Shown here piece after piece: positions 1 through 7,780 of a DNA stretch of 41,479 nt. Position 1 is the first letter of the stretch, and each line of letters starts with the position of its first letter. The translations under genes were made by a program, and so were the position numbers. Origin of the DNA: Acidimicrobiia bacterium (GTDB lineage: Bacteria; Actinomycetota; Acidimicrobiia; Spongiisociales; SHLN01); the NCBI GenBank assembly GCA_041619515.1, contig JBFKDW010000019.1, positions 1 to 41,479 on the forward strand, read 5' to 3'. The notes beneath the pieces were generated by a model, which made no database searches, was not told where the DNA came from, and saw nothing but the letters and a program-made list of their open reading frames with translations.

Positions 1-200
1 CCCCACCCTTTCCCCCAGACAACGGCCGGGCAAACCCCTTCCTTCCCATGACCTACCCACGAGGACTGCTCCACCACCAAGCCAAGAGGGCGAAAGCAAA
101 GAAACGTCTTAGCGGACACCCCACCCTTCCCCCAGACAACGGCCGGGCGGACCCCTTCCTTCCCATGACCTACCCACGAGGACTGCTCCACCACCAAGCC
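1..200. repeat. Two copies of an ~82-83-bp direct repeat (1-83 and 119-200), period ~117-118 bp; probably continues off the left edge
   Basis: Both copies read CCCCACCCTT(T)CCCCCAGACAACGGCCGGGC(AA/GG)ACCCCTTCCTTCCCATGACCTACCCACGAGGACTGCTCCACCACCAAGCC. They differ by one indel and two substitutions and are separated by 35 nt. Confidence 0.9.
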
Positions 201-212
201 GAGGGGCTCGGC

Positions 213-1163
213 TCAGTTCAGTTCCGGGGCGGCGGGATACCGGTGTCCGTGCGGCGGCATCTCGGACGTTCCAAGATTGACGACCACCTTGCAGCCGGGA
301 TCTCCGACTGCGATGCGCTCTTCCAACACGACCGTGGAGTCGCCCGCGTTGCGAGCCGCGATGCCGCCGAAGACGCTGGAGGTCATCCGGCACAGGGCAG
401 GGGATTTCTGGACGGCCTTTCCGAATGGGCAGGCCGTGTTGCCGAGAACGATGCGTTCGTCGGTCGCCTCGATGACATAGAAGCCACCGTCGATGGCGTG
501 CTTGAGGCGGACATAGCAGTCGGCCATCTGCTCAGGCGTCAGCCTCCCGACGATCGACTTGGCCCGGCGGTACTCCTGTTCCATCTGGCCGCCGACGCTG
601 GTGCCAACCTGGGCCACAACTCGCTCGGCCGACTCAGGGCCGTGTCTCCATTCGAGCTCCTGGGCGAGCTGCACGACCAGGGCTCGTAGGAAGGGCTCTT
701 TCACGAAGCCGTCTGGACCGGCCTCCTCCAAGGACGGAAGAACGTCTACCACCTCGCGGGGAGCCTCGACCTCGACTTCGGTATCGCGATCGATCGGGAG
801 TTCTGCCTGAACCACGGCACCCCCTCCCTCACGGGCTGCGATCTGGAGATGCTCCGTCAACGACGCCGCTATGGCCAGCCCGCGGCCGCTTCGAGCGTTG
901 CCGGCCGGCATCTCGACGGCATCCAGCTGGAATTGGGGGCCCATGTCCCACACGGTCAGCACGGGATGTTGAGTGGCCCAGTCGACGGCCACCCAGATAT
1001 CGCCACCGGCATGGAGCATGGCGTTGCCGACGAGCTCGGAAAAGGTCAAGAGAGCACCCTCGACATCAGAGCCGGGGGCGCTGTGGCGCTCCAGATAATC
1101 ACCGAACTCGTGGCGGAGGTCGGTCAGGGTTTCGGTCTGCGAGCCGTCGAGATACCAGTTCAT
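213..1163 (-). CDS. RsbW-like HATPase (Ser kinase) domain fused to a C-terminal methanogen output domain 1 (MetOD1, V4R-like)
   Basis: N-terminal part has the N-box SELVGNA, G1 WDMGP and G2 SGRGLAI. C-terminal part FLRALVVQLA...LKHAIDGGF...NTACPFG...LCRMTSSVFGGIAA...ERIAVGDPGCKVVV matches the MetOD1 pattern. Confidence 0.8.
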   Translation of the reverse strand: MNWYLDGSQTETLTDLRHEFGDYLERHSAPGSDVEGALLTFSELVGNAMLHAGGDIWVAVDWATQHPVLTVWDMGPQFQLDAVEMPAGNARSGRGLAIAASLTEHLQIAAREGGGAVVQAELPIDRDTEVEVEAPREVVDVLPSLEEAGPDGFVKEPFLRALVVQLAQELEWRHGPESAERVVAQVGTSVGGQMEQEYRRAKSIVGRLTPEQMADCYVRLKHAIDGGFYVIEATDERIVLGNTACPFGKAVQKSPALCRMTSSVFGGIAARNAGDSTVVLEERIAVGDPGCKVVVNLGTSEMPPHGHRYPAAPELN

Positions 1164-1323
1164 GCCAACGTCGCATGTTCGATCGGACGCGAATTGCTCA
1201 TCGCCATTGTGTTCCTACCGATGTCCGTCGCATGACCATCCGTCGACACGAGGCCGGTGGTCCCACCTACAACGGAGAGCTGCCGTGTGTGATACGCCAT
1301 GGTAGATGGAATTGGTCGATGTC

Positions 1324-1863
1324 TCATGTAGATCGATCCCCGATCAGATCGCTTTCGCGCTCGGGGCGCTCGATGGCGATGAGTCCGTTGATCGTCTGAT
1401 GCAGCATGAGTATCACGCTCACCAAGACGCCGCCGAGCACCGCAGACGCCCCCATGATCGCGTAGTAGACGAGGTTGTAATACCGCAGCAGCTCTTCGGA
1501 TTCCTCGAGAGGGAGACCGATGAAGATGAGGATGGCGATCGAGAGCACGATCATCACCGTCGTGAGGGTCGAAATCTTGGCAACCCGCCGAAAGTGGACT
1601 TCGCTGAATCTCCATTCAGTGGAGAACGTCAAACCGATGAGGGTGAGAATCAACGCCAGCACCGTGACGCCCGCCGCAAGAATCGACGACGCCAGAAACC
1701 GGACGGTGGGAAGCGTGCCCTCGAGCAGTCGGATGCTTTCGACCGATCCGACCCGCCCGACCGCAGCACCACCTGCGAACAACATCACTGCCGCGAACAC
1801 CCCGCCCAATACCGTCCATTGGAGGTCGACGGGCTTTCTCAGTCGGTCGGTCGATCCATTCAT
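1324..1863 (-). CDS. Hypothetical integral membrane protein (~4 TM helices), putative stress-regulon member
   Basis: 179-aa ORF with four hydrophobic stretches and a SigB-like promoter directly upstream. Confidence 0.75.
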   Translation of the reverse strand: MNGSTDRLRKPVDLQWTVLGGVFAAVMLFAGGAAVGRVGSVESIRLLEGTLPTVRFLASSILAAGVTVLALILTLIGLTFSTEWRFSEVHFRRVAKISTLTTVMIVLSIAILIFIGLPLEESEELLRYYNLVYYAIMGASAVLGGVLVSVILMLHQTINGLIAIERPERESDLIGDRST

Positions 1864-1872
1864 CGCACCGCA

Positions 1873-1897
1873 TTACCCGATGACCGAGTTCTCAAAC
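1873..1897 (-). promoter_or_regulatory. SigB/SigF-type promoter GTTT-N15-GGGTAA
   Basis: Minus strand reads GGTTTGAGAACTCGGTCATCGGGTAATGCGGTGCG-ATG. The -10 ends 9 nt before the ATG at 1863, so the transcript is near-leaderless. Confidence 0.7.
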
Positions 1898-2005
1898 CTG
1901 TTCGGGGCCGGATGGTGGGCACAACGCCGACCGGTTCGGCGAACGAGCACACGATCGGGCGGCGCCGGGACACACGGCCGTCGTTGCCTGTATTGTGTCC
2001 GCCTG

Positions 2006-3760
2006 ATGGTTGATGTATCCGACGCCGGGGTCGAGCGGCTCCACCGCCAGTTTGGCGGTGGCGCTGAGGAGCGGCTTCAGCTGGCGCTCAGCGCCGGCAA
2101 CTTCGGTGTATGGGATTGGGACGTTGCCACCGGCGCCGTCTCATGGTCGGATGAGATCTACACGTTCTACGGATTGCAGCCCGGGAGCCTGCGACCCGAC
2201 CTGAAGGCGTTCGTCGAGCGGGTTCATCCCGACGATCGAGCAGACGTTCAGGCGGCGATCCAACGGGCGCTCGAAGACGGAGAGCCCTACCACGTCGAGT
2301 TTCGGAGTTTGCGATCGGACGGGCGCCTCATCTGGTTGGAGGCCTGGGGCCAGACGCTGCGCGATGACGCGGATGAAGCGGTCGGCATGATCGGATTGGT
2401 TCGCGACGCCACCGCCCGACGGACGGCGGAAGAAGAGCGGGCCCAGCTGCTGCGCAAGGAGCGCGATGCCCGCGCCGAGGCGGAGGCCGGCCGCCAACGG
2501 ATGGCGTTCCTCACCCAGGCCTTTCGGGTTCTGGGATCGTCACTCGATCTCGATGCGACCGTCAGCCGCCTTCTCGGGCTGCTCGTCCCCCATCTGGGTG
2601 ACTGGGCGACGCTATATCTGGTTCGTGACGGCCGGGTCGAGGCGCTCGGCGGGCGCCACCGCGATCCCGACAAGCAGCTTCTGCTCGACGAGCTGATTGC
2701 TTCGGTCGAAGTCGATTTCAATACCCCCGGCGGAGTAGGCGATGTCTTGAGGACGGGAGCCTCGGTGCTCGAGACGGCCTTCTCCCAAGAGGTGCTCGAC
2801 GAAATCGAACTCGACGCCGACCAGCGTTCGAAGATCGATGAAATCGGCATCGGGTCGTACATGGTCGTCCCGCTGCGGGCACCGGACAAGCTGATCGGAA
2901 CACTCTCCATCGGAGGTGCCGTCGGGGCCCGCCCCTACGCAAGCGACGATCTCGAGCTCGCAGAACGAATTGCCGACCGGGCCGGAATAGCCATTCAAAA
3001 CGCCATGCAGTTCACGCAACGGACCAAGATCGCCAAGGTCTTGCAGCGGAGCCTGCTGCCCGCCGGCCTACCGAGCATCCCCGGCTGCCAGCTGGCGGGC
3101 GCATACAAGTCGGCGGGCGAAGGGCTCGACGTTGGGGGCGACTTCTACGACGTGTTCCAGATCGACCGGGACAGGTTCGCGGTGGCGATCGGCGACGTGA
3201 GCGGCAAGGGCCACGAAGCCGCGGCTGTCACCGCCCTCACTCGCCACACGCTGCGGGCCACCGCTGTCTCCACCGACGACCCCCGGCGGGTGCTGGCGGC
3301 CGCTAACGAGGTGCTCCTGAACCAGTCGTCTGATTCACGCTTCTGCACCGCCGCCTTCGGAGTTGGGACGGTCAACGATTCCGGCACGGTCAGTATCCGC
3401 CTTGCCAACGCGGGCCATCTGCCCCCCTTGATCGTCCGGCGAGACGGCCGGATCGAATCGGTCAAGAGTGCCGGCGTGCTGCTCGGGATCTACGCCGATG
3501 CCGAGTTCGAAGCGGTGACGGTCGAGCTACGGCCCGGTGATCTGCTGTTGCTGTATACCGACGGGCTCACCGATGTAGTCGTCGACGGCGCCGTACTCGG
3601 CGACGAGTGGCTTCGATCCGAGCTGGTGGCGGTACGGGACCGGCCGGTGTCGGAAATCGTCCGGGCCATCGAGGAACGGGCGTCCCAGACCGGCGGAGTT
3701 CTCGTCGATGACGTGGCGATGCTGGCCTTGAGAATCGTCGAACCCGGGGAAGCGACCTAG
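2006..3760 (+). CDS. PAS-GAF-SpoIIE (PP2C) serine phosphatase, RsbU/RsbP-like
   Basis: PAS_3 (GVWDWD...VHPDDR...DGRLIWL), a coiled coil, GAF, then PP2C motifs LQRSLLP, VGGDFYD, IGDVSGKG, NAGHLPP, LLYTDGL and DDVAML. The start is placed at ATG 2006 because the ORF-track extension to 1520 overlaps the opposite-strand gene. Confidence 0.9.
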   Translation: MVDVSDAGVERLHRQFGGGAEERLQLALSAGNFGVWDWDVATGAVSWSDEIYTFYGLQPGSLRPDLKAFVERVHPDDRADVQAAIQRALEDGEPYHVEFRSLRSDGRLIWLEAWGQTLRDDADEAVGMIGLVRDATARRTAEEERAQLLRKERDARAEAEAGRQRMAFLTQAFRVLGSSLDLDATVSRLLGLLVPHLGDWATLYLVRDGRVEALGGRHRDPDKQLLLDELIASVEVDFNTPGGVGDVLRTGASVLETAFSQEVLDEIELDADQRSKIDEIGIGSYMVVPLRAPDKLIGTLSIGGAVGARPYASDDLELAERIADRAGIAIQNAMQFTQRTKIAKVLQRSLLPAGLPSIPGCQLAGAYKSAGEGLDVGGDFYDVFQIDRDRFAVAIGDVSGKGHEAAAVTALTRHTLRATAVSTDDPRRVLAAANEVLLNQSSDSRFCTAAFGVGTVNDSGTVSIRLANAGHLPPLIVRRDGRIESVKSAGVLLGIYADAEFEAVTVELRPGDLLLLYTDGLTDVVVDGAVLGDEWLRSELVAVRDRPVSEIVRAIEERASQTGGVLVDDVAMLALRIVEPGEAT

Positions 3761-4110
3761 ACGCGCACCCGAATATGGGGGCCGCCGGCCGTTTCGACGA
3801 ACGACACGTCGCCGGAGATCGACTCGAGAACCGTTTCGCTCAGGCTCCCGGTGAAGTCACGAGGTGGCCAGAACACCGCTTCACCGTTGGAGGCCAGCGA
3901 CACCTCGATCGGGCTTTCGGTTGAGATCGTTGTGGTGATCACCGAAGTCCCGGGGACGGCAAGTATCAGACCGGCAGCCTCGTCGATTGCCAGGCCGACA
4001 TCGCTCACCGAGTCCACGCCGACGCTCGACTGGCTGACCACCGCCATAGCCATCGTTCGCAAGATCCCGACGTTTCGCGGCTGGGCCGGTATTGAGATAC
4101 TGATGGACAC
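3757..4110 (-). CDS. Degenerate anti-sigma factor (RsbW/UsfX-like, no recognisable ATP-binding motifs)
   Basis: ISIPAQPRNVGILR...DVGLAIDEA resembles the RsbW N-terminus. The N-box Asn, DxG and GxGL motifs are not visible. Confidence 0.6.
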   Translation of the reverse strand: MSISISIPAQPRNVGILRTMAMAVVSQSSVGVDSVSDVGLAIDEAAGLILAVPGTSVITTTISTESPIEVSLASNGEAVFWPPRDFTGSLSETVLESISGDVSFVETAGGPHIRVRV

Positions 4111-4145
4111 GCCTCATATACTACGGACGAGCTATGGGGAGTTCG

Positions 4146-4484
4146 ATGTCGAAGCATCTCACGATCGACGCCTCGTCACGAGGTGGCTGGTCCATTATCA
4201 CGGTGACCGGAGAGGTCGACCTGGCGACCGCTCCTGCCGTCCGAAGAGCCTTCGAGGATCTGCGGGAGTCGGCCGATGCCGTCGTCGCGGATCTGTCGGG
4301 CGTTTCCTTCATGGACTCCACCGGGCTGCGGGTGCTGATCGCGGCTCACGAGGAGCTGGAGAAGGCCGGCGGGCGATTCGCGGTGATACCTGGGGACGGT
4401 GCAGTGGCCAGGCTCCTCGAGATCACCGGCGTAAAGAGTCACATAGCGGTCCACGAGAGCCTCGGCGAAGTCGTTGGAACCTGA
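4146..4484 (+). CDS. STAS-domain anti-sigma factor antagonist (RsbV-like)
   Basis: VTGEVDLATAP...DLSGVSFMDSTGLRVL, which keeps the phospho-acceptor Ser. RBS GGGGAG precedes ATG 4146. Confidence 0.92.
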   Translation: MSKHLTIDASSRGGWSIITVTGEVDLATAPAVRRAFEDLRESADAVVADLSGVSFMDSTGLRVLIAAHEELEKAGGRFAVIPGDGAVARLLEITGVKSHIAVHESLGEVVGT

Positions 4485-4875
4485 CCGGGGTCACCCCGAG
4501 GGTACGTTCACTCCGGAATCCGACTTCCAGATAACAGTTCCGGCCGACGCTTCCTCGCTCTTCTACATTCGCCTGTTCGCAGGCGCGGTTGCCCGAGCGG
4601 TGGAACCGGTCGACGCGGGCGACAGTGTGCTCTATGAGCTGAAACTGCTGCTGACCGAGGCGACGGGTTTTGCGCTGAGCGACGATCGCGCGGCCGACGA
4701 CACGGTCTCGGTCAGCTTTCGAGTGGCCGGCGGACGGCTCGAATGCCGGATCCGCCCGGTGCCGACCTTCGGGCCCACCGGTCTGATACCCGATCCCTAC
4801 GACGTCGTCATGACGCTGGCTTCCCAGGCCGAGTTGATGGGTGAGGAGCTACTCCTCGTCATGCAGGTTGGGTAG
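4474..4875 (+). CDS. Second degenerate anti-sigma-factor-like protein (RsbW fold, kinase motifs lost)
   Basis: ITVPADASSLFYIRLFAGAVA...ELKLLLTEA is RsbW-like. It lies between the STAS and sigma genes, as in rsbV-rsbW-sigB. The TTG start is uncertain. Confidence 0.65.
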   Translation: MEPDRGHPEGTFTPESDFQITVPADASSLFYIRLFAGAVARAVEPVDAGDSVLYELKLLLTEATGFALSDDRAADDTVSVSFRVAGGRLECRIRPVPTFGPTGLIPDPYDVVMTLASQAELMGEELLLVMQVG

Positions 4876-5559
4876 GTGGCTACGTCGGAGCGAAACGAGC
4901 TGGTAACCGCTCACCTCGGGCTGGCGCGCGGGCTGGCGAGGAAATATCGCCGCAGCGGCGAGGAACTGGAGGACCTCGAACAAGTCGCCATGTACGGCCT
5001 CATCCAGGCCGCGGAACGATTCGACGCGGCTCTCGGCAATCGCTTCGAGAGTTTTGCCGCAGCCACCATCATGGGCGAGCTCAAGCGACACCTGCGCGAC
5101 AAGGCCTGGACGGTGCGGGTACCGAGAGGCCTCAAGGAGACGAGCCGGCGGGTGGCACGAGCCACGGATGAGCTGCGTCACAAGTTGATGCGGTCCCCGA
5201 CGACCGCCGAGATCGCGGCCGCACTCGACATTTCCGAGGAGCTGGTGTTGGAATCCCTCCAGATCGGCTCGGCCTACATGCCGACATCGCTCAATGCGCC
5301 TCTCGGCGAGGATGGCGATGGTGATGAGCTCATATCCCTGCTGGGTGGGGAAGACGAGCTGCTCGAGATGACGGCACGCTGGGGTGACGCCTCCGGAGCC
5401 CTCGCCGCCCTCGACGAGCGATCTCGGCACATTCTCTACCTGCGCTTCTTTGCAGGGGAAACCCAGTCCGAGATTGCGGACACGATCGGGATCTCACAGA
5501 TGCACGTGTCCCGTCTCCTGAGACAGGCCCTCGACTCGGTCCGGTCCCAAGCCGGGTGA
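4876..5559 (+). CDS. RNA polymerase sigma factor, SigB/SigF/SigG family
   Basis: EDLEQVAMYGLIQAAERFD, FESFAAATIMGELKRHLRDKAWTVRVPR and region 4 TQSEIADTIGISQMHVSRLL. Confidence 0.93.
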   Translation: MATSERNELVTAHLGLARGLARKYRRSGEELEDLEQVAMYGLIQAAERFDAALGNRFESFAAATIMGELKRHLRDKAWTVRVPRGLKETSRRVARATDELRHKLMRSPTTAEIAAALDISEELVLESLQIGSAYMPTSLNAPLGEDGDGDELISLLGGEDELLEMTARWGDASGALAALDERSRHILYLRFFAGETQSEIADTIGISQMHVSRLLRQALDSVRSQAG

Positions 5560-5584
5560 ACGAACGAACGTCGGTCCGGAGGCG

Positions 5585-6049
5585 CTAGGACACGCCCTTG
5601 GTGAGACGATCGTGGATGCTCCGGATCTCATCGAGCTGATTCTGGAGTATCGGGCGAACGTCGTCCGGTAGATCGGTGGCCAGCGCATCCTCGTAGGCGT
5701 CGATGGCGGCCCGCTCGCCCCTGGACGCAGATTCGAACACCGACTCGTCGTCTCCGGTCACCATGTTCTTGACCGTCATCCAGGTGCGATGAAGCGTGGC
5801 CCGGGTCGTCCCAGGATCGCCATCGTTCCCGGAGAAGCGGGCGGCAATGTTGTGCAGGTCGGCAAGGAAACTCCGCCGCTCGTTTGCCCAGAGCCGAAAC
5901 AGCGACTGGGCGACGGTGTCCTCGACGAGCTCGGCACACTTCGTTAATCCCTCCACTCCGTCGGACACGAGGTCGATCACCGTCGAGAGCGCTTCCTCGA
6001 CATCGTTGTCGACGCCGTGGGCGAATTCCGACGCCACCGTCGCGTGCAC
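5585..6049 (-). CDS. PA2169/DUF2383-family four-helix-bundle (ferritin-like) stress protein
   Basis: DGVEG...ATLHRTWMTVK...GDDESVFESASRGERAAIDAYEDAL. RBS AGGAGG precedes GTG 6049. Confidence 0.85.
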   Translation of the reverse strand: MHATVASEFAHGVDNDVEEALSTVIDLVSDGVEGLTKCAELVEDTVAQSLFRLWANERRSFLADLHNIAARFSGNDGDPGTTRATLHRTWMTVKNMVTGDDESVFESASRGERAAIDAYEDALATDLPDDVRPILQNQLDEIRSIHDRLTKGVS

Positions 6050-6122
6050 CTTGGGGATTCCTCCTGTGCGATCCATGCCAATCATCCTTCCGTATGGCCG
6101 TAAGAGATTTCTCTCTCTTCTC

Positions 6123-6149
6123 TTTCCCCAATCCGGCCGGTTCTCAAAC
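6123..6149 (-). promoter_or_regulatory. SigB/SigF-type promoter GTTT-N16-GGGGAA(A)
   Basis: Minus strand reads GTTTGAGAACCGGCCGGATTGGGGAAA. It shares GTTTGAGAAC with the promoter at 1873-1897. Confidence 0.6.
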
Positions 6150-6213
6150 ATCGGAGACGCGAGAGAGGGTCGCAGCGAAGCAAATCACTGCGACCCTCCC
6201 GACCGATCCTGAG

Positions 6214-6474
6214 CTAGACGGTTACACCTTTGCGGCTGACGGAGCGATACACGAGAAGCGTGACGACCGCCCCTACGATCGAGCCGAGTATGCCGGTAGC
6301 CGAAACCTCGAGGTCCCCGGCGAACACCAGGGAGGCAAGGAAGCCGCCGACAAACGATCCGACCAGCCCGAGCACGAGCGTGCCAACGAATCCCATCGGG
6401 TCCTCGCCCGGGACGAGCAGTCGTGCAACGAATCCGGCGATCAGGCCGACAATCAGGAATGTGATGATGCCCAT
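6214..6474 (-). CDS. GlsB/YeaQ/YmgE family (transglycosylase-associated) stress membrane protein
   Basis: MGIITFLIVGLIAGFVARLLVPGEDPMG...GSIVGAVVTLLVY. RBS AGGAG. Confidence 0.92.
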   Translation of the reverse strand: MGIITFLIVGLIAGFVARLLVPGEDPMGFVGTLVLGLVGSFVGGFLASLVFAGDLEVSATGILGSIVGAVVTLLVYRSVSRKGVTV

Positions 6475-6519
6475 TGTGTTTCTCCTCACGTGTTACGGGT
6501 CTACCTTCCTGAGGGGTGA

Positions 6520-6545
6520 GTACCCACCTGTCGCCCACTTCAAAC
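6520..6545 (-). promoter_or_regulatory. SigB/SigF-type promoter GTTT-N16-GGGTAC
   Basis: Minus strand reads GTTTGAAGTGGGCGACAGGTGGGTAC, upstream of the GlsB-family gene. Confidence 0.7.
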
Positions 6546-6592
6546 ATCCGGCGATGATCGGCCGGCTTCGAACATCCCTTTTCCGGAATCAA

Positions 6593-6609
6593 CCGTCGGC
6601 GGCCGACGG
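6593..6609 (-). terminator. Possible hairpin terminator downstream of tRNA-Tyr
   Basis: Inverted repeat CCGTCGG-CGG-CCGACGG, followed by TTGATT on the minus strand. Confidence 0.4.
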
Positions 6610-6636
6610 CGGGCGCAGAAGAAAGCTGTGTTCCGG

Positions 6637-6718
6637 TGGTGGGAGGAGGATTTGAACCTCCGAAGGCTGTGCCGGCAGATTTACAGTCTGCTCCCTTTGA
6701 CCGCTCGGGCATCCCACC
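6637..6718 (-). tRNA. tRNA-Tyr (GTA); 3' CCA not fully encoded (ACCG)
   Basis: GGTGGGATGCCCGAGCGGTCAAAGGGAGCAGACTGTAAATCTGCCGGCACAGCCTTCGGAGGTTCAAATCCTCCTCCCACCA: acceptor stem GGTGGGA/TCCCACC, anticodon loop CTGTAAA, long variable arm, T-loop GTTCAAATC. Confidence 0.97.
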
Positions 6719-6839
6719 GTGCGGGACATGAGGTTAGTTCGCCGGCGGGCGTGCAACACATCAACGGTTGCACCCTGGGCATGTCCGATCGAGCCCGGGG
6801 TCGACCGTCAACCCGGATCGTGGGAGCCGGCCGAGCCCG

Positions 6840-7718
6840 CTACGAGCTGAGCGGGCTCGCCATCTGCTCGAGACGGGCGACGCGATCGGGAATCGGCGGA
6901 TGGGTCGAGAACAGCTTGCGCAACGTCCCGCCGCCATCGCGTCGGCCACCGAAGGCTTTGAGGGGGTCGGCGATGTACAGCGGCGCCACCGCCGGGTTCA
7001 CGTTCATCGGAATTCGGGAGGTTCCGGCCTCGAGCTTTCGCAGCGCACTGGCCAGAGCCATCGGCTGGCCGGTTATGTCGGCGCCGGTCCGGTCCGCTTG
7101 ATATTCGCGCGCACGGGTGATGGCGAGCTTGATGATCATCGCCGCCAGGGGGGCGAGGATGATGCTCACCAGAGCAATGATCCCTCCCAGGGGGTTGTTG
7201 TCGTTGCGGCGTCCGCCGAGGGCTCCCCACATCGCCATGCGGGCGAAGATGGAGAGGGCGGCGGCCATCGTGGCGGCGATGGTCCCGATCAGGATGTCGC
7301 GATTGCGCACGTGGGCCAGCTCGTGGGCGAGCACGCCTTCGAGCTCCTCGTTCGTCATGAGCTGGAGGATTCCCCCGGTCACCGCCACTGCGGCATGCCT
7401 GGGGCTGCGCCCGGTCGCAAAGGCGTTCGGCTGGGGCGAATCGATGTAGTAGAGCTTGGGCATCGGCATGTTCTCCATCTGCGCCAGCTTCGATACGATC
7501 GAGGTCACCTGCGGCAGCTGTCCCTCTTCGATCGGGCGGGCATTCGATGCCCGCAGCGCCAGCTTGTCGGAGAAGAAGTACATGCCGAAGTTGAGCACTG
7601 CGGCGATGCCGAGGGCGATGATTGCCCCGCCGGTTCCGCCCAACGTCTGGCCGACCAGCACGATGACGGCGCCGAGGGCGGCGAGTAGCCCAACGGTCTT
7701 CAGGTTGTTGTTGATCAT
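6840..7718 (-). CDS. htpX: Zinc metalloprotease HtpX (M48)
   Basis: QPNAFATGRSP, AHELAHVRNRD (HExxH), RAREYQAD and FSTHPP. Start placed at MINNNLKT. Confidence 0.95.
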   Translation of the reverse strand: MINNNLKTVGLLAALGAVIVLVGQTLGGTGGAIIALGIAAVLNFGMYFFSDKLALRASNARPIEEGQLPQVTSIVSKLAQMENMPMPKLYYIDSPQPNAFATGRSPRHAAVAVTGGILQLMTNEELEGVLAHELAHVRNRDILIGTIAATMAAALSIFARMAMWGALGGRRNDNNPLGGIIALVSIILAPLAAMIIKLAITRAREYQADRTGADITGQPMALASALRKLEAGTSRIPMNVNPAVAPLYIADPLKAFGGRRDGGGTLRKLFSTHPPIPDRVARLEQMASPLSS

Positions 7719-7753
7719 GGTGTGAATGCTACCTCTGGGTCTGAACATCTACT

Positions 7754-7780
7754 CAACGTTCCCGAATCTGACAATGTTCC
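7754..7780 (-). promoter_or_regulatory. ECF (SigH/SigR/SigE-type) promoter GGAAC-N17-CGTTG upstream of htpX
   Basis: Minus strand reads GGAACATTGTCAGATTCGGGAACGTTG. Confidence 0.7.

Noticed and set aside
1..200. CRISPR array
   Set aside because: The repeat is about 83 bp, longer than known CRISPR repeats, only two copies are visible, and there are no cas genes in the window. It is kept as an unexplained repeat.
48..689. 213-aa plus-strand ORF with a duplicated MTYPRGLLHHQA peptide
   Set aside because: The duplication only reflects the DNA repeat, and the rest is antisense to the HATPase-MetOD1 gene.
6185..6712. ORFs spanning the tRNA (6185-6712, 6628-7101)
   Set aside because: They are translations of tRNA-Tyr and of neighbouring genes in other frames.
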